Shown: positions 1 through 11,726 of the stretch, one piece after another | Layout: each line of letters begins with the position of its first letter | How positions within the stretch are numbered: position 1 is the first letter of the stretch | Assembly (NCBI GenBank): GCA_032718475.1 | Contig: JAUCBJ010008738.1 | Span: 1-40,071 of the forward strand | Direction: 5' to 3' | Origin: Nemertoderma westbladi | Lineage: Eukaryota; Animalia; Xenacoelomorpha | DNA: 40,071 bases | Translations under genes and position numbers: made by a program | The notes under the pieces: model-generated | Database searches by the model: none | Told to the model about the DNA's origin: nothing | The model's input: only the letters and a program-made list of their open reading frames with translations

Positions 1-206
1 TCTCACTAAATATAATATAAGTAATTACGTACGTAATAAACACGAATATATATTGCACTAATCTACTAAATAATCGCTAAAATAACATTCTACTGAATAA
101 AATTAAAGAAAACGATTATAATAAAATTACATAGCAATACATACGTAAATATAAAAATAATAAAATAATATAAAATAATAGAGTCACACACCCACTCCAT
201 ATGTTG

Positions 207-3200
207 CTACGTTACGGAGTCCCTAGATGTTTGAAGGATTAGGGAGGTGGTCGTGGGATGAGAATCTTGCCTTCCACAGTTTCCGGAGAGTCCTCCATTC
301 CCTTCCGGTAAACACAAACGACCGACTGGGTGATTGAGTCGCTGCATCCTGAATACAATTCCAGGTTTCCTCTTCGTCCTGGAATAGTGACGATAGAAAT
401 ATCGCTCAAAGTATATGACGGCGTCACAAAGCCGATTCCAGGAGCTATAGTGGTCCGTCGCTCTCTGCAGGAGAGGTGAGAGTCCCTGCGAGACGTCTGA
501 TGTTCCAGAGCTCCAATCACTCTCTCTGATCTTCATGAAGGATCCACTCGCGGTGGGGAGGTCCAGATCCACGGCGTCGTCCCTGGCAATATGTAATACC
601 GACAGATCTATCCCGGGTTCAAATAACTCCGCTCCACCCGTCCGGGTTTTAGGTTTAACTTTCTCCGCTCCCTTGGCTGGTCTAATCTCAGTTGGAGTAA
701 GATGGGGAGGCCATTCATCCTCCTTACTCAGGAAGTCGGGTTCACCTAACCGGTCTGTAGTATCTGTCAGTTCTTGAGGAGTTGCTCCTCTGGAAGCGAT
801 GTCGGCTATATTCATCGTCTTGGGGCAATATCTCCATTGATCTACATTGGAGTTAAGTCCCTCACTAGTATCGTCTTCCCATTCACTCACCTGGCAGACG
901 CGATCTTGAAGCAGTCTTTCCCTGAGCGTTCTACGGGAAGGTCCAGTAAGGTACCAACCTACTCTAGTTCTTACCGCATAGGTCTGAAGTGGTTGCGGTT
1001 GAGTAGGTCGTTTCTCTAATGTCTCCAGCGCCTCATGCGCGTTTTGGCCGATGAGTATTTGCACTCCAGGATAATCAGTCTGGAATCGAGGTATCTTAAG
1101 ATGTTGGATGCTCTCATCCTCGTCCCAATTATAAAGGTCTGCTTGAGTAGTAGCGAAGTTCTTTATTGCCACCATTTTGACTGACCTTATACTGTATTCT
1201 CCTAGTTTATCCTGTGGAGTGGACAACTCACCTATATAATAGTCGGCAGCTACAGTAGAATTCCAAACCTGCATGATCCCTGACATGTTTAGCTTGGTTC
1301 GGAACTTGGGTTGTCCAGCAAAGATGACTTCGGCTAGTTCTTTATCGATGAATGTTCCTGTGCTGCCGGAGTCCAGGAGGGCGTTCACTATATAGCTCTT
1401 CTGAGGTCCGTGGACCCGTAACTGGACTACAGGAAATTCTCGGATTCCTATATTGGAAGTTGGCGCTTTCCAAGATGGTTGTTGATCTGAAGTAGTTAGG
1501 GTGAGGTCGCTGTCTGTGTCTTTCTCATACATGAGTGCTCGATACACTGCGGTGGTGTTTATTAAGTAACAGGATTCGTTTTCGTCGGAGAACTCGTCCG
1601 TATAGAATCCTTCCATCTCAGATTGATCAGTGTCGTTCACATCACTGAATTGGACATGTAGTTCGGACTCACTTACCTGACTCGGGCTGTTTCGTTCGAA
1701 TTCCGTGTGCAACAAGATATGATGTTTTGCGCCGCACTTTGCACACCTTGCGTCGGAGTAACAGGTTCGCCGTTGGTGTCCTCGTCTGAGGCAATTATAA
1801 CACAACCGCTTATCCCACATGACTTCACATCTATCCTTTAGTGATTTCCTCAGGAATTTATCACACGCATTTAAACGGTGGGGCCCGTCGCACAGCACAC
1901 ATTTCGGTTTGATGTTACTTACTTTAACCTGTGCTATGTGGTGCACACTTGTTCTTTCCTCGGGCTTTCTCACCTGAATTCTTTTAGGAGACGTAGGAGG
2001 GGTTTTTTGTACCGGTTCCCTTCTGTCATTGGGTCGAGACTTGAATTTACTTACCTGATCTTTAGGCATTTTATTGACATAATAAGATCTATCAGTGTCT
2101 TTCCCGCTATCTTCTCCTTGAGAAGTCTGGCTTTCGCCGTCGTCTGTATAACACACTGGTGTTACCTTTCTCCTAGAGACGGGTTTTTCACTTACCTTGT
2201 TTTCCGGTGTCTTCTCTCGGGACTGCTTGAGGAGTTGCAATTTCACTTCTCCATCCAAGAATGACATGAGATCAGCCATGGTAGGGTCTCGTCGTTGTTG
2301 TTCCATCATATATAGTACTTTCTTATCCCAGCGTGTGCCTACCCCACCTTTCGGTAAAGTAGAAGCCACAGCTCCAATGACCATAGAACTTTGGTATTCA
2401 TGAGACTTACCTAACCAATCTAATTGTCTACAGATCTCTTGAATCTCATCGGAAAACTCTATTATCCCACTGCTGATGAACTTTCTGGGCGCTACTAATT
2501 TTGCATATAAATACTTAGCGATATTATTCCTATTACCATACCTGATGTTTAGTGTGTCCCAAACTTGTCTTAATCCGTCTGGATGTCCAATAAACTTTAA
2601 CGCCATTAACTTGGGAGATCCTTCCAAGCACTCGATGAGGTATCTAAGTTTTTCTCCATTAGATAGTACAGAGTTCTGTATGTTATCTTTGTAATATTCA
2701 TTAAAAGGTAACCATTTCATCTCATCTCCATTGAATTTGACTATCTCTCCCACCTTTACCGCTTGCCGGGCTTCGGTTCTAGCCATTTGACGCGTAAAAC
2801 TTTCTTGGGCCATCGTGTTATTTAATATCGAATTATCGGTATATAAATTTCTCGGATTATGATCAGTTCTATAGGGAATATCATTATCAACAGGTCTATA
2901 ATTACCCTTAATAGGGTTCACTATAGGAGTTTCTACTTCGCTAGCAGTATAAATGCGTGTAGGCTCCACACCTTGCGCATGAGATACTTCAGACCTAACG
3001 GGTTGACACATTGTTACAGAGGGTGGTGGTATACCCTTTTGTAAATTTACTAATTTATCGCGCTCTAGCGCGATATTTTGCTGCACTTCTTGCAACTCTA
3101 ACTTACTTTCCCTCACTGTTCCCTTTAAATGTTGGACAGTCCCTTCCAACTCTCGGACCTGTTGGGAGGAGCGTATTCGATTCTCCTTCATCTCTCCGAG

Positions 3201-5132
3201 GAGAATATCCATCCCCCGCCGTCTCTCGTCTTCCCAATCAACCGCCGAAACGGGATCCGCCAACGTCGTAGCGGGCAGACGAGGGACAACGGGCGACAAA
3301 TTTGGAATATTTCGCTCGGGGTCCAGGACCTGAACTGTCTCCTGGGCAGTTCTACGGGGCACAGGTAGCTTAGTGCTATGCAGAGGGAATTTATAGGTAG
3401 CTTCAGGGAGCACAGGTGTATCTATTACCGAAGGGGTGATTTCAAGAACAGGCCTACTTATTTCAGGCTCATCTACTATAGTAGGGAGTCTTTCTATTGT
3501 CATTATTTGGTCTGTGGGTTCTGTACTCTCTAAGTTGGTGTTATTTAGTTGCCTTCTAACAGCTGGAGGCAAATCAGGCAATTTCTGACGGTGGAATGTT
3601 CTTTTACGTCTGCTTAGGCGGGATCGATTTCCTCCGCCTTCAGTGTCGGTGGTATCGCCTTCCTCAGATGATGTATAACCTTGTCGTTTGGGAGTAGATC
3701 GATTCATCATCTGCATATTACTAGCTGTTAACTGTTTATTAAAGTTATCTTGCCTCTCTTGAAGATTTTCCAACTCTAGTTGGGTTGTCTCTTCAGATGC
3801 CCTCCGTTCTGCTTCTGCCACTGCTATCTTTCTTTCCGCTTCTGCCGCTGCCGCTTTCCTTTCCGCTTCTACGGCTGCAGCTGCCACTTTTGCCTCTGCC
3901 GCTGCCGCTGCTGCCTTTCTTTCCGCTTCTGCCGCTGCCACTGCCGCTGCTGCTGTCTTTCTATCTTCTATACGTTTTTTCTTTACTTGTTCTTCTTGAA
4001 CCTTGGCGATGCGGAGTTGTTCATCGAATTTAGCTTGGTTCGCCGCTAACCTATCCACATCAATTGCATCTAACACAAGTTTGGCTCCCTCGCTGTTAGG
4101 GCTAAGTCCCTCCAGCCTTCTCCTCAACTCGTCATCTCCTAAAAAACGCTGATAGTCTGACAGATAGATGTCAATGGCATCCTTTTTATGCGGTTTCTCT
4201 GCCGTCGCTTCACTTTCCACTTGGGAAAAAGTAGCGTCTGTTGATTCTCCATGGGTTGAGCGCTCCTCCAACTGAGCTTTCCACTGAGCTGCTCCTTGAA
4301 CCTGGCGACTCACCCGTTGAAACCAAGTCTTTACGGCAACTTGCAACGACGTGTCTTGTTTTCTTTTAGAAGCCTCCTCAAAGGCGGATAAGATTAGCCT
4401 AATCCGCAGAACTCTTTCTCTAACTTGATAAAGCAGCTGTCCCTGCTCTTGAGGTCCTTGAGGTTGTTTAAACAGTTGTTTTTCTACTCGCTCCATAGAG
4501 CTGAAGAATCCCTGTGCGTATCCGGCTGCGGACCTCTTCCACACAGCTGGATCGATGGTTTCCTTGGCTACTCCCATCCGGTGTATGTCTTCCCAGGCAG
4601 CTTCTGATAAATCAAACGGGAGTCCGGGTCCGGGGAAGTTCCATTGCGACTCGACCATGGACTTCAGTTCTTCTCTTGTGTATCCAGCATAACTATCTCT
4701 AGTTGAACGCTGGCTTCTCGCCCAATCGATCTGGTGTTCTTCCACAGCGATCAATAACCTAGTGAGTACGGCTGCAGGAAGGATGAGAAGGGGATCCGTA
4801 TAGACCGCATCCGTCATCTCTGCTCCGCGCTCGGGTGTCAGCTCTACAGTATCCTCACTACTGGAGCTGCTGGGCCTCTGAGGAATAAGTTCTTGACTAG
4901 CGGGTTGTTGCTGTTCCGCTGCTTCTTGGTCCCGTTTGACCTGAGCTCGAGTGCCTATGATAGACCTACGATGTTGGACCAGCCTAGGTTCTTTTATTAC
5001 TACTGGAGGGATGACTTTCCTCACAGTGGGAGGTGAACTGAACTTACGACTAGAGGGTTCTACACCTCTATCTGAGTCGCAGATAGTTACATCTAATAGA
5101 CTGTCTGACAGGTTCTGCTTAGTATCAGACAT
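207..5132 (-). CDS. Gag-protease polyprotein, 1641 aa (long coiled-coil/low-complexity N-terminus, DUF1759-like Gag, zinc knuckles, aspartic protease); no RT or integrase
   Basis: KFNGDEMKWLPF..YLIECLEGSP..RYG Gag core; CVLCDGPHRLNAC, CYNCLRRGHQRRTC and CAKCGAKHHILLH knuckles; ALLDSGSTGTFI protease; YAVRTRVGWYLTGP; then QWRYCP..N.ADIASRG remnant of the BEL RNase H end. Confidence 0.92.
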   Translation of the reverse strand: MSDTKQNLSDSLLDVTICDSDRGVEPSSRKFSSPPTVRKVIPPVVIKEPRLVQHRRSIIGTRAQVKRDQEAAEQQQPASQELIPQRPSSSSSEDTVELTPERGAEMTDAVYTDPLLILPAAVLTRLLIAVEEHQIDWARSQRSTRDSYAGYTREELKSMVESQWNFPGPGLPFDLSEAAWEDIHRMGVAKETIDPAVWKRSAAGYAQGFFSSMERVEKQLFKQPQGPQEQGQLLYQVRERVLRIRLILSAFEEASKRKQDTSLQVAVKTWFQRVSRQVQGAAQWKAQLEERSTHGESTDATFSQVESEATAEKPHKKDAIDIYLSDYQRFLGDDELRRRLEGLSPNSEGAKLVLDAIDVDRLAANQAKFDEQLRIAKVQEEQVKKKRIEDRKTAAAAVAAAEAERKAAAAAAEAKVAAAAVEAERKAAAAEAERKIAVAEAERRASEETTQLELENLQERQDNFNKQLTASNMQMMNRSTPKRQGYTSSEEGDTTDTEGGGNRSRLSRRKRTFHRQKLPDLPPAVRRQLNNTNLESTEPTDQIMTIERLPTIVDEPEISRPVLEITPSVIDTPVLPEATYKFPLHSTKLPVPRRTAQETVQVLDPERNIPNLSPVVPRLPATTLADPVSAVDWEDERRRGMDILLGEMKENRIRSSQQVRELEGTVQHLKGTVRESKLELQEVQQNIALERDKLVNLQKGIPPPSVTMCQPVRSEVSHAQGVEPTRIYTASEVETPIVNPIKGNYRPVDNDIPYRTDHNPRNLYTDNSILNNTMAQESFTRQMARTEARQAVKVGEIVKFNGDEMKWLPFNEYYKDNIQNSVLSNGEKLRYLIECLEGSPKLMALKFIGHPDGLRQVWDTLNIRYGNRNNIAKYLYAKLVAPRKFISSGIIEFSDEIQEICRQLDWLGKSHEYQSSMVIGAVASTLPKGGVGTRWDKKVLYMMEQQRRDPTMADLMSFLDGEVKLQLLKQSREKTPENKVSEKPVSRRKVTPVCYTDDGESQTSQGEDSGKDTDRSYYVNKMPKDQVSKFKSRPNDRREPVQKTPPTSPKRIQVRKPEERTSVHHIAQVKVSNIKPKCVLCDGPHRLNACDKFLRKSLKDRCEVMWDKRLCYNCLRRGHQRRTCYSDARCAKCGAKHHILLHTEFERNSPSQVSESELHVQFSDVNDTDQSEMEGFYTDEFSDENESCYLINTTAVYRALMYEKDTDSDLTLTTSDQQPSWKAPTSNIGIREFPVVQLRVHGPQKSYIVNALLDSGSTGTFIDKELAEVIFAGQPKFRTKLNMSGIMQVWNSTVAADYYIGELSTPQDKLGEYSIRSVKMVAIKNFATTQADLYNWDEDESIQHLKIPRFQTDYPGVQILIGQNAHEALETLEKRPTQPQPLQTYAVRTRVGWYLTGPSRRTLRERLLQDRVCQVSEWEDDTSEGLNSNVDQWRYCPKTMNIADIASRGATPQELTDTTDRLGEPDFLSKEDEWPPHLTPTEIRPAKGAEKVKPKTRTGGAELFEPGIDLSVLHIARDDAVDLDLPTASGSFMKIRESDWSSGTSDVSQGLSPLLQRATDHYSSWNRLCDAVIYFERYFYRHYSRTKRKPGIVFRMQRLNHPVGRLCLPEGNGGLSGNCGRQDSHPTTTSLILQTSRDSVT

Positions 5133-6898
5133 ATTTGTGAGTACAGTTGAATGCCTACTGCTATATTACAGTCTAAGCAAGTCTAGTAATTCAGTATTAA
5201 CTGCTAGCCTAGTAATTAATTACCGATACTGCTACTCAGTGTAGCGTGATATATATAATATATTAAATACCGGTATGCTTATAGTATATATAAGTATTAT
5301 TACAGACTAGGTTTATCACAGAATACCGGTATAATTTTAGCACAAATATATATAAATATATAATAGGCCTATCGGGAATACCGGTATACAGCTTACAGTT
5401 TGTAGTATATATAATTCTGGAATAGAATTAATTACAAGTACCGGTATAATTTCAGCCTAGATTTATAGAAATAAAGATAATAGGCCTATCGTAAATACCG
5501 GTATATCAATTATTTTAAATAATTGAACTTCTGAATTTCAGGGTTACTTTGTTACTTTACTTACTTTATTACCATTATTTGAGCAGTAGTCCAACTGATA
5601 TGGAGACCTAATGGTTGTATGGTAGGCCTACTATTTATAAATCGTTAGATTTGATTTATAATATATATATACCCGTTTTAATGGGTTTTGTCAATGTTTG
5701 AAATAAATGTTATTATTTCTGGGGAGTAATCACTACACAAAGCGGTGCGCTTTCAGTGAAGTGTTACTTATAGGACACTAAAACAAATAATTCTAATTTA
5801 CCTAAGTTACTTAATACTACAAATTACGTACAATTCGGGTGAGATTACAATCTCTAAATAAACATAAAAATTTACAAAACACAAAATACGAATTTTTAGG
5901 GTAATTTTACAAGAAGTCTACAAACCAGCCTAACAAAGGGTTAGAAATCTGGTTATTACAACGGACAGGGTACTACGGTATTTGAAATAATAAGTAGTAG
6001 TAAATACACTGCGTTGTCCAGATAGGAAAATACCACCGCCTGACGACCTATAGCCGTATCGCTATAGGTTCTACGTTATGTATCACGGAGTGTTCCTACC
6101 TAGAAGTTAATAGAGCTAATCGAACGTGCCTATCAACCACTTTACAACACAAATATAATGCCTACACTAATTACTTTCGGAAAGCACTGTACACTAAACC
6201 CTAAATTAGGTACGAGTACTTGTACAACAGATAATCAATAGTTAAATATACTTGAACAGCTAAAAGAACCACGGCATCTGCTGGAGTGACCGATGCACAA
6301 AATCACCAGTCTTTACCTACGCCAAGCAGCCCGTGTAGTACCGGGGTTAATTTAACTATAGCGGTATGTATAACAAACACAATTACTGTAGGAACAAACT
6401 TGGGGAATGAATGTTGCGGATAATCGCATAAACTCTGAATAATAAATATTACGCTACGCGTACAAACCACTCAAACAAAATGCAGACCGAACACTGACAG
6501 ACTACTATCAAGCCTAAACAAACTACAGGACATGCAGACTCCGAAATGATTAGGGAGTATGCGTTCTAACCCAGTAGTACGACTTATTCTTTAGTTGGGG
6601 GTTTACCTTACAGCATTCGCTGCCCCTACTTCCTAACCGTACTTAATCGGACAGGTGATCTACACACACTGCAATCCGTTCAGACTTAACAGCAATCAGA
6701 CAACAGCTCAGCCTACAAATTGTCTGTACAATCTGATCAGGCTTACACGCCTTCTGTTCAATACTGGCCTACAAACAAATAAAACTTGACAGAAATAAGT
6801 AAAAATCTCAATAAAAAACCAGGGCTGCAGTCCCTGATTAATTATTAAGGCCTACCGGTATATAACTATCAAAATCGAATAATACTAGTGTACTTATA

Positions 6899-7026
6899 CG
6901 GAAGTACCGGTTAGGACAGCTAGGCCTACGGACCTACAGAAGTACCGGTTCTGGCAGTTGGACCTACGGACCTACGGCAGTACCGGTTCTGGCAGTTGGG
7001 CCTACTGACCTACAGATGTACCGGTA
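6899..7026. repeat. ~38-bp tandem repeat (~3 copies) in the leader of copy A
   Basis: Repeated GTACCGGTTCTGGCAGTTGG(A/G)CCTAC units; counterpart at 14544-14667. Confidence 0.8.
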
Positions 7027-7082
7027 CAGGTTTACCGGTTGACCGGTACTTTCAACTTTATTGCTTACTGCAATAAAGAAGC

Positions 7083-7094
7083 TATATCCTTTAA
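7083..7094 (-). promoter_or_regulatory. Non-tRNA primer-binding position of copy A (TTAAAGGATATA in element sense)
   Basis: Directly follows the LTR end (...GCGAACA), has no TGG, and is the exact reverse complement of LTR 7869-7880. Confidence 0.7.
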
Positions 7095-8340
7095 TGTTCG
7101 CGCTTTCAGACCTTTGGCAGTTTAACCCACCAAATTAAGATGTCTTCTAGATATTAAATCGCTTTTTAGCCTATGACAAGTATTTGATTCACTACACTAG
7201 TCGAAACCAATCTGTGCGCGATCATTCACCCGCTGGATATTCCCGGGAGATTGGGTTCGACGGTTTAATTTTATTGCTATGTAAGCCTAATGTATTATTC
7301 GACTGACAGTATTATATAATCTCTGACAATATTATTCACCTTCGGGAATATTAACAGTTCCTTTTGGACGTGGCGCTTTATTTATATAAACAGAGTTATG
7401 ACTTAAACTACTCACAACGATATGGCTTAATTATAATTCACATATATGGCGCATTCTTTAGGAAATGCTTCTTTAACAGACTCACTCGTACACAATGCTG
7501 CACAATACTGCACACTAATCTGCCAATCTTCACTGATTTTAGTCACATATAAAAGGAACACAGACTGACTCATGTAGGGTCTATCAAATAACATTAGATT
7601 CACTTCAAACCACTTTAACATAAGTCACAATCGTTATTGGTAACCTTTCTCTCTTACCTTCGGTATATCAAGAATATTGGGTGTCGGGGTTATTTCTCGT
7701 TATTCCAATATAATAATTCATCAACAAATATAATGAATAACCGATAACAAATAGCAATATACAGTATTGATTGAGCAGGTAAATTTTAGCAGTTTCAGCA
7801 GTTATTAAAAGCCGTGTGTCAGCAGTATTCACAGATCAGTGATTCCATGAGTTTGGTCGGTACGTCAGTTAAAGGATATATGTCCTTATAATTAAACCTA
7901 CTAGTGTTGAGCTAAAAAGCAGAAAAGCACAAAACACTATACAAATACACAAAACGCAAAACGCCGTTCTTTCGTGGCTTTGAAAAACTCGTGACTACTG
8001 CTCTATACGAGGATACCAACTACCCTTATTCCACGAAGCTCCCGTTCAACACAGAGAAAGAGCAGTGAGATAGGAAAATTTCAGTTCAGTAGCTCTGTGA
8101 TAGGTCAAAATCAAGGCTAACTCAAATTCTATTGGGAGATACAAAAACAAGGCTATGACGCAACCTTCTTAGGCTGGTTGGCCGATTAAACAGAGCCCAG
8201 ATACCTGCGTACAGCAAATCAGCCAATAAGCTGGTAGCTTGCGCTATTCGAGCTATAGATCCCCTTTTAGAGAATTCAGCGACTGGGGGGGAACTGGTTA
8301 GCAAGGCAAACGAATCAGTTATCCCACAAAAGCTTTTACA
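7095..8340 (-). repeat. 5' LTR of copy A (1246 bp, TG...CA)
   Basis: Termini match the LTRs of B. ~7095-7760 is highly similar to B and 7860-7930 recognisably similar; ~7990-8326 is unrelated. Confidence 0.9.
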
Positions 8341-8444
8341 AGTACATCAGTCAGTCGGTAGACACTCCACTGCCTGCACCAGCAGCACCCACTCAGCCTG
8401 CATTGGAAGCTGCTTGTTCTACACTGCTGATTTGTGTTTGAGTA

Positions 8445-8593
8445 CAATTGAATGTTTGAGTGTTTGAGTACGATTGAATGTTTGAGTGTTTGAGTACGAT
8501 ACGATTGAATGTTTGAGTGTTTGAGTACGATTGAATGTTTGAGTGTTTGAGTACGATTGAATGTTTGAGTGTATGAGTACGATTGAATGTTTC
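8445..8593. repeat. 26-bp minisatellite (GATTGAATGTTTGAGTGTTTGAGTAC)n
   Basis: About 5-6 tandem copies; units start at 8503, 8529, 8555 and 8581. Confidence 0.9.
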
Positions 8594-8599
8594 TGACAT

Positions 8600-9189
8600 T
8601 AAAATGTGCCTCCCATTCAATTCGCGGAGTAAACTTGCACGGAATGAGGTTAGATGTTCGGTCACGTAAACGCCGACTGGAAGGTTATTCTTGTTTTTCA
8701 AAACGGATAATCGTGTACGACATGCAACAAAGCAAATGAGAAGAGGGCGGGGACGAATTTTCACTGGACGGGCATTGATGTGTTTATCATGCAGCTGTTT
8801 ACTGGTTTACCTGGAAGACGGTGCATGATGTCAATATCCATCTCGGATATATCAAAGGAATTTAGGATTTCCGATTCCGGTAGATCCTCAACTCCATGGA
8901 ATACCAGATTGTAAGATTTCAAGAATTGTTCTTGGTCATCGATCCATACGTTTAAAGCAGCACATTTTTCATTGACTTTAACAAGTTGATTCTCCAAGTC
9001 CCCTTGTTTGTGTTGAAGGCTGGCAATTATTACATTGCCCTGTTTGATATCAGTGATATCGGCTTTCATTTTGTCCATGTCTGAGGATAACTTAATTATG
9101 AGGTAGGCCTTGTTTATTTCGTCGGTTTCACAGGAATCGAGTTTGGTAACGCTGGACCTAGTCGAACCAGAAGTCTTTTTAGTCGGCAT
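8600..9189 (-). pseudogene. Frameshifted LINE ORF1-like (coiled-coil plus RRM-type) fragment, CR1/L2-type
   Basis: IDDQEQFLKSYNLVFHGVED..DIDIMHRLPG, then in another frame RPRPLLICF..VYVTEHLT; matches the EQYSRxxNLxIxGxxE / HRL / RPIIVKF / EDLT pattern of LINE ORF1. Confidence 0.7.
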
Positions 9190-9418
9190 AGTGTTGTGAC
9201 TGTGATAGGAACAGAGTACTGGACCTAGCAGCCTAGTAGTACAGCCTAGTCCAATCCAATCCGCTAGGCTATTGGTTGAGGGTGAACGGAAGCTTCAGCT
9301 GGAAGCGCGAAGTTAGTTGGATATTAGATAGACCTAAATTAGGGCAGTAGGGTATGTCGGCAGCAGCAGGGCAGTGCTACCGGTACTATCCTAGTACATA
9401 GGCATTACGGTACATATA

Positions 9419-10150
9419 GATTGATTTATTTATACATTAGGTCTATGTAAAAACAATAACAAATACACCAAACAATGTACTGGTATAAAGGTATTGTCCA
9501 ACATAACATAGTATTACCCCTAAAGCTTTGCAGCTTATTTCCAAGGGGGGTCCTTTATGTTACTTGGTTACAAATACAATATTACACTACGCTAACCTAA
9601 AACCAATATAAAACGTAATTACACTATGTACATGTACAACTTTACCGAGAGCGTGACAATGTCCGACTCAACGATAAAGATGTAATGTACAGAACAATTT
9701 ATTATAAAACGTAATTACAGTATAAATAGTGAATAATTAATAAACTAATAACTTTCTGTAGGACTATTGTACCTATTTTTACATTGCACACGGAGGTGAG
9801 ATTTAACTGCAGATTTAAAAGAATGTTGATTATCTAGGTTTTTTATTTCATTAGGCAGAGCGTTCCAATTTTTAATACCGTTAAAAAAGAAAGTATCAGA
9901 TTCGAAGGATTTACAATTCGGGAGGTAGAAGTTTGAAGCACTAGCTCTGGTACTGTAAGAGTGTGTATCGCGTACTCTGTTGAATTTTTGTTTTAGGTAA
10001 TTGGGACATTTACCATTATACACTTTATGCACATGGTTAAGGCGTAGCTGCCTAACTCTACTATTCTTACTAAAGACCCTCAATACTTTATTTTTTTTTT
10101 CTATCATCTTAACTCTACTATCTAAGTTAAGTAGTCCAGATTCATAAAAG
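9419..10150 (-). mobile_element. 3' end of a CR1/L2-type LINE (ORF2 C-terminus plus 3' UTR)
   Basis: CPNYL..RVRDTHSYSTR..TFFFNGIKNWNALPNEIK...FKSAVKSHL is a typical CR1/L2 ORF2 C-terminus; the UTR ends in AATAAATCAATC. Confidence 0.8.
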
Positions 10151-10639
10151 TACAACCTTTTTAGCGGGATTTTCAATTCAATCTACAGCATTTGTTGATG
10201 GCATTATTGATTGAAAATATTATTATCAATGGCTGAACGCGCTCTGTTAATATAGACGTACTTTAATTAGGCCGACAATACAACCGACATATTGTAGCAA
10301 ATTATAATATCTTTAACATATTAATTTTCTTTTAACTTATTCAGTAAATAGCTGTATTATCTACGGTCAGCGCTGTTAGATAAGCTGATTATAGTGTCAG
10401 GTGTTGTTGCTGTGTTGCTAACATTCCCATCTCACTATTGTATCGAACAGCTGTAGTCGAAATCTCAGGTTTTGGGGGGAGGTGAGATAGGTCCTGCTAT
10501 TTAGAGTATTGTAGAATATTGTGACTCCGCCACAATATTCGATTTAAATAAAGTACGTATCCGTCACGCAGTCGCTTACACTCGTTCTTAATACAATTAA
10601 TTCGAATAAGTAATGCGTAACATCCCTAATGAAACCAGT

Positions 10640-10880
10640 GGGTGCATTGATTTATATTCCCGGAAAATGATTTGGTTGAACGTGTATAACACCAACAATG
10701 ACAGTAAATTTATCGGGGGCTACTTCCTGGAAGCGATAACTGAGAACAAGGGTGCTCCGCGGATTGTTCGTGGGGATTTTGGAACAGAAAATGTTCGCGT
10801 TCGAGACTTTCAGAAGTTCATCCATAGAGATCACACTGACAATATGCAACAGACCTGTTACATCGATGGCGCAAGCACAT
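10640..10880 (+). pseudogene. IS3EU-like integrase-core transposase fragment
   Basis: GCIDLYSRKMIWL..TNND...YFLEAI...GAPRIVRGDFGTEN...YIDGAST motif string. Confidence 0.75.
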
Positions 10881-11097
10881 CTTTGGATAATTTCCTGATT
10901 TAGTTTTAAAGCAGATGAAATCTGTCCGTATGTTAGGCCTAAGTTAAAGTACGTCGATATTAACAGAGCGCGTTCAGCGATTGATAATAATATTTTCAAC
11001 TAATAATGCCATCAACAAATGCTGTAGATTGAATTGAAAATCCCGCTACAAAGGATGTACTTTTATTACCAGTATTATTTAGCCAATCAAAGTAAAG

Positions 11098-11726
11098 TTA
11101 GTAAGTCGTTCGCACGAGTTACTAAGTCGTTCGCACGCGTTAGTTAAGTCGTTCGCACGACTTAGTATGTCGTTCGCACGACTTAGTAAGTCGTTCGCAC
11201 GAGTTACTAAGTCGTTCGCACGCGTTAGTTAAGTCGTTTGCACGAATTAGTAAGTCGTTCGCACGAATTAGTAAGTCGTTCGCACGGTTACTAAGTCGTT
11301 CGCACGCGTTAGTTAAGTCATTCGCACGACTTACAGTAGTATGTCGTTCGCACGACTTAGTAAGTCGTTCGCACGCGTTAGTTAAGTCGTTCGCACGACT
11401 TAGTATGTCGTTCGACGACTTAGTAAGTCGTTCGCACGAGTTACTAAGTCGTTTGCACGTGTTAGTTAAGTCATTCGCACGACTTACAGTAGTATGTCGT
11501 TCGCACGACTTAGTAGGTCGTTCGCACGACTTAGTAAGTCGTTCGCACGAGTTACTAAGTCGTTCGCACGACTTAGTATGTCGTTCTCACGCGTTAGTTA
11601 AGTCGTTCGCACGACTTAGTATGTCGTTCGCACGGCTTAAGTATGTCGTTCGCACGAGTTAGTTAAGTCGTTCGCACAACTTAGTATGTCGTTCGCACGA
11701 CATACTAGGTCGTTCGCACGAGTTAG
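11098..11726. repeat. 21-bp tandem array (TTAGTAAGTCGTTCGCACGAC)n, subterminal repeat of the IS3EU-like element
   Basis: Roughly 28 degenerate copies, ending just before the CATGTCCCTTTAGGGGCTCCGTA terminus. Confidence 0.92.

Larger units (their letters stand above)
1..8340 (-). mobile_element. BEL/Pao-type non-autonomous LTR retrotransposon, copy A (5' LTR, leader, gag-protease ORF; 3' end runs off the window)
   Basis: Reverse-complement homologue of element B from the LTR through the leader and ORF1 to the window edge (1-206 matches ~20193-20396). The LTR starts TGTAAAAGCTTTT at 8340 on the minus strand. Confidence 0.93.

Noticed and set aside
207-5132. Domesticated host gag gene (Arc/PNMA-like)
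   Set aside because: The ORF is embedded in an LTR element whose sister has near-identical LTRs and a TSD, so it is mobile rather than domesticated.
11098-11726. CRISPR-like array / ORF 11405-11662
   Set aside because: Units are contiguous with no unique spacers, the context is eukaryotic, and the array abuts an IS3EU-type terminus. The ORF is a by-product of the ~21-bp period.
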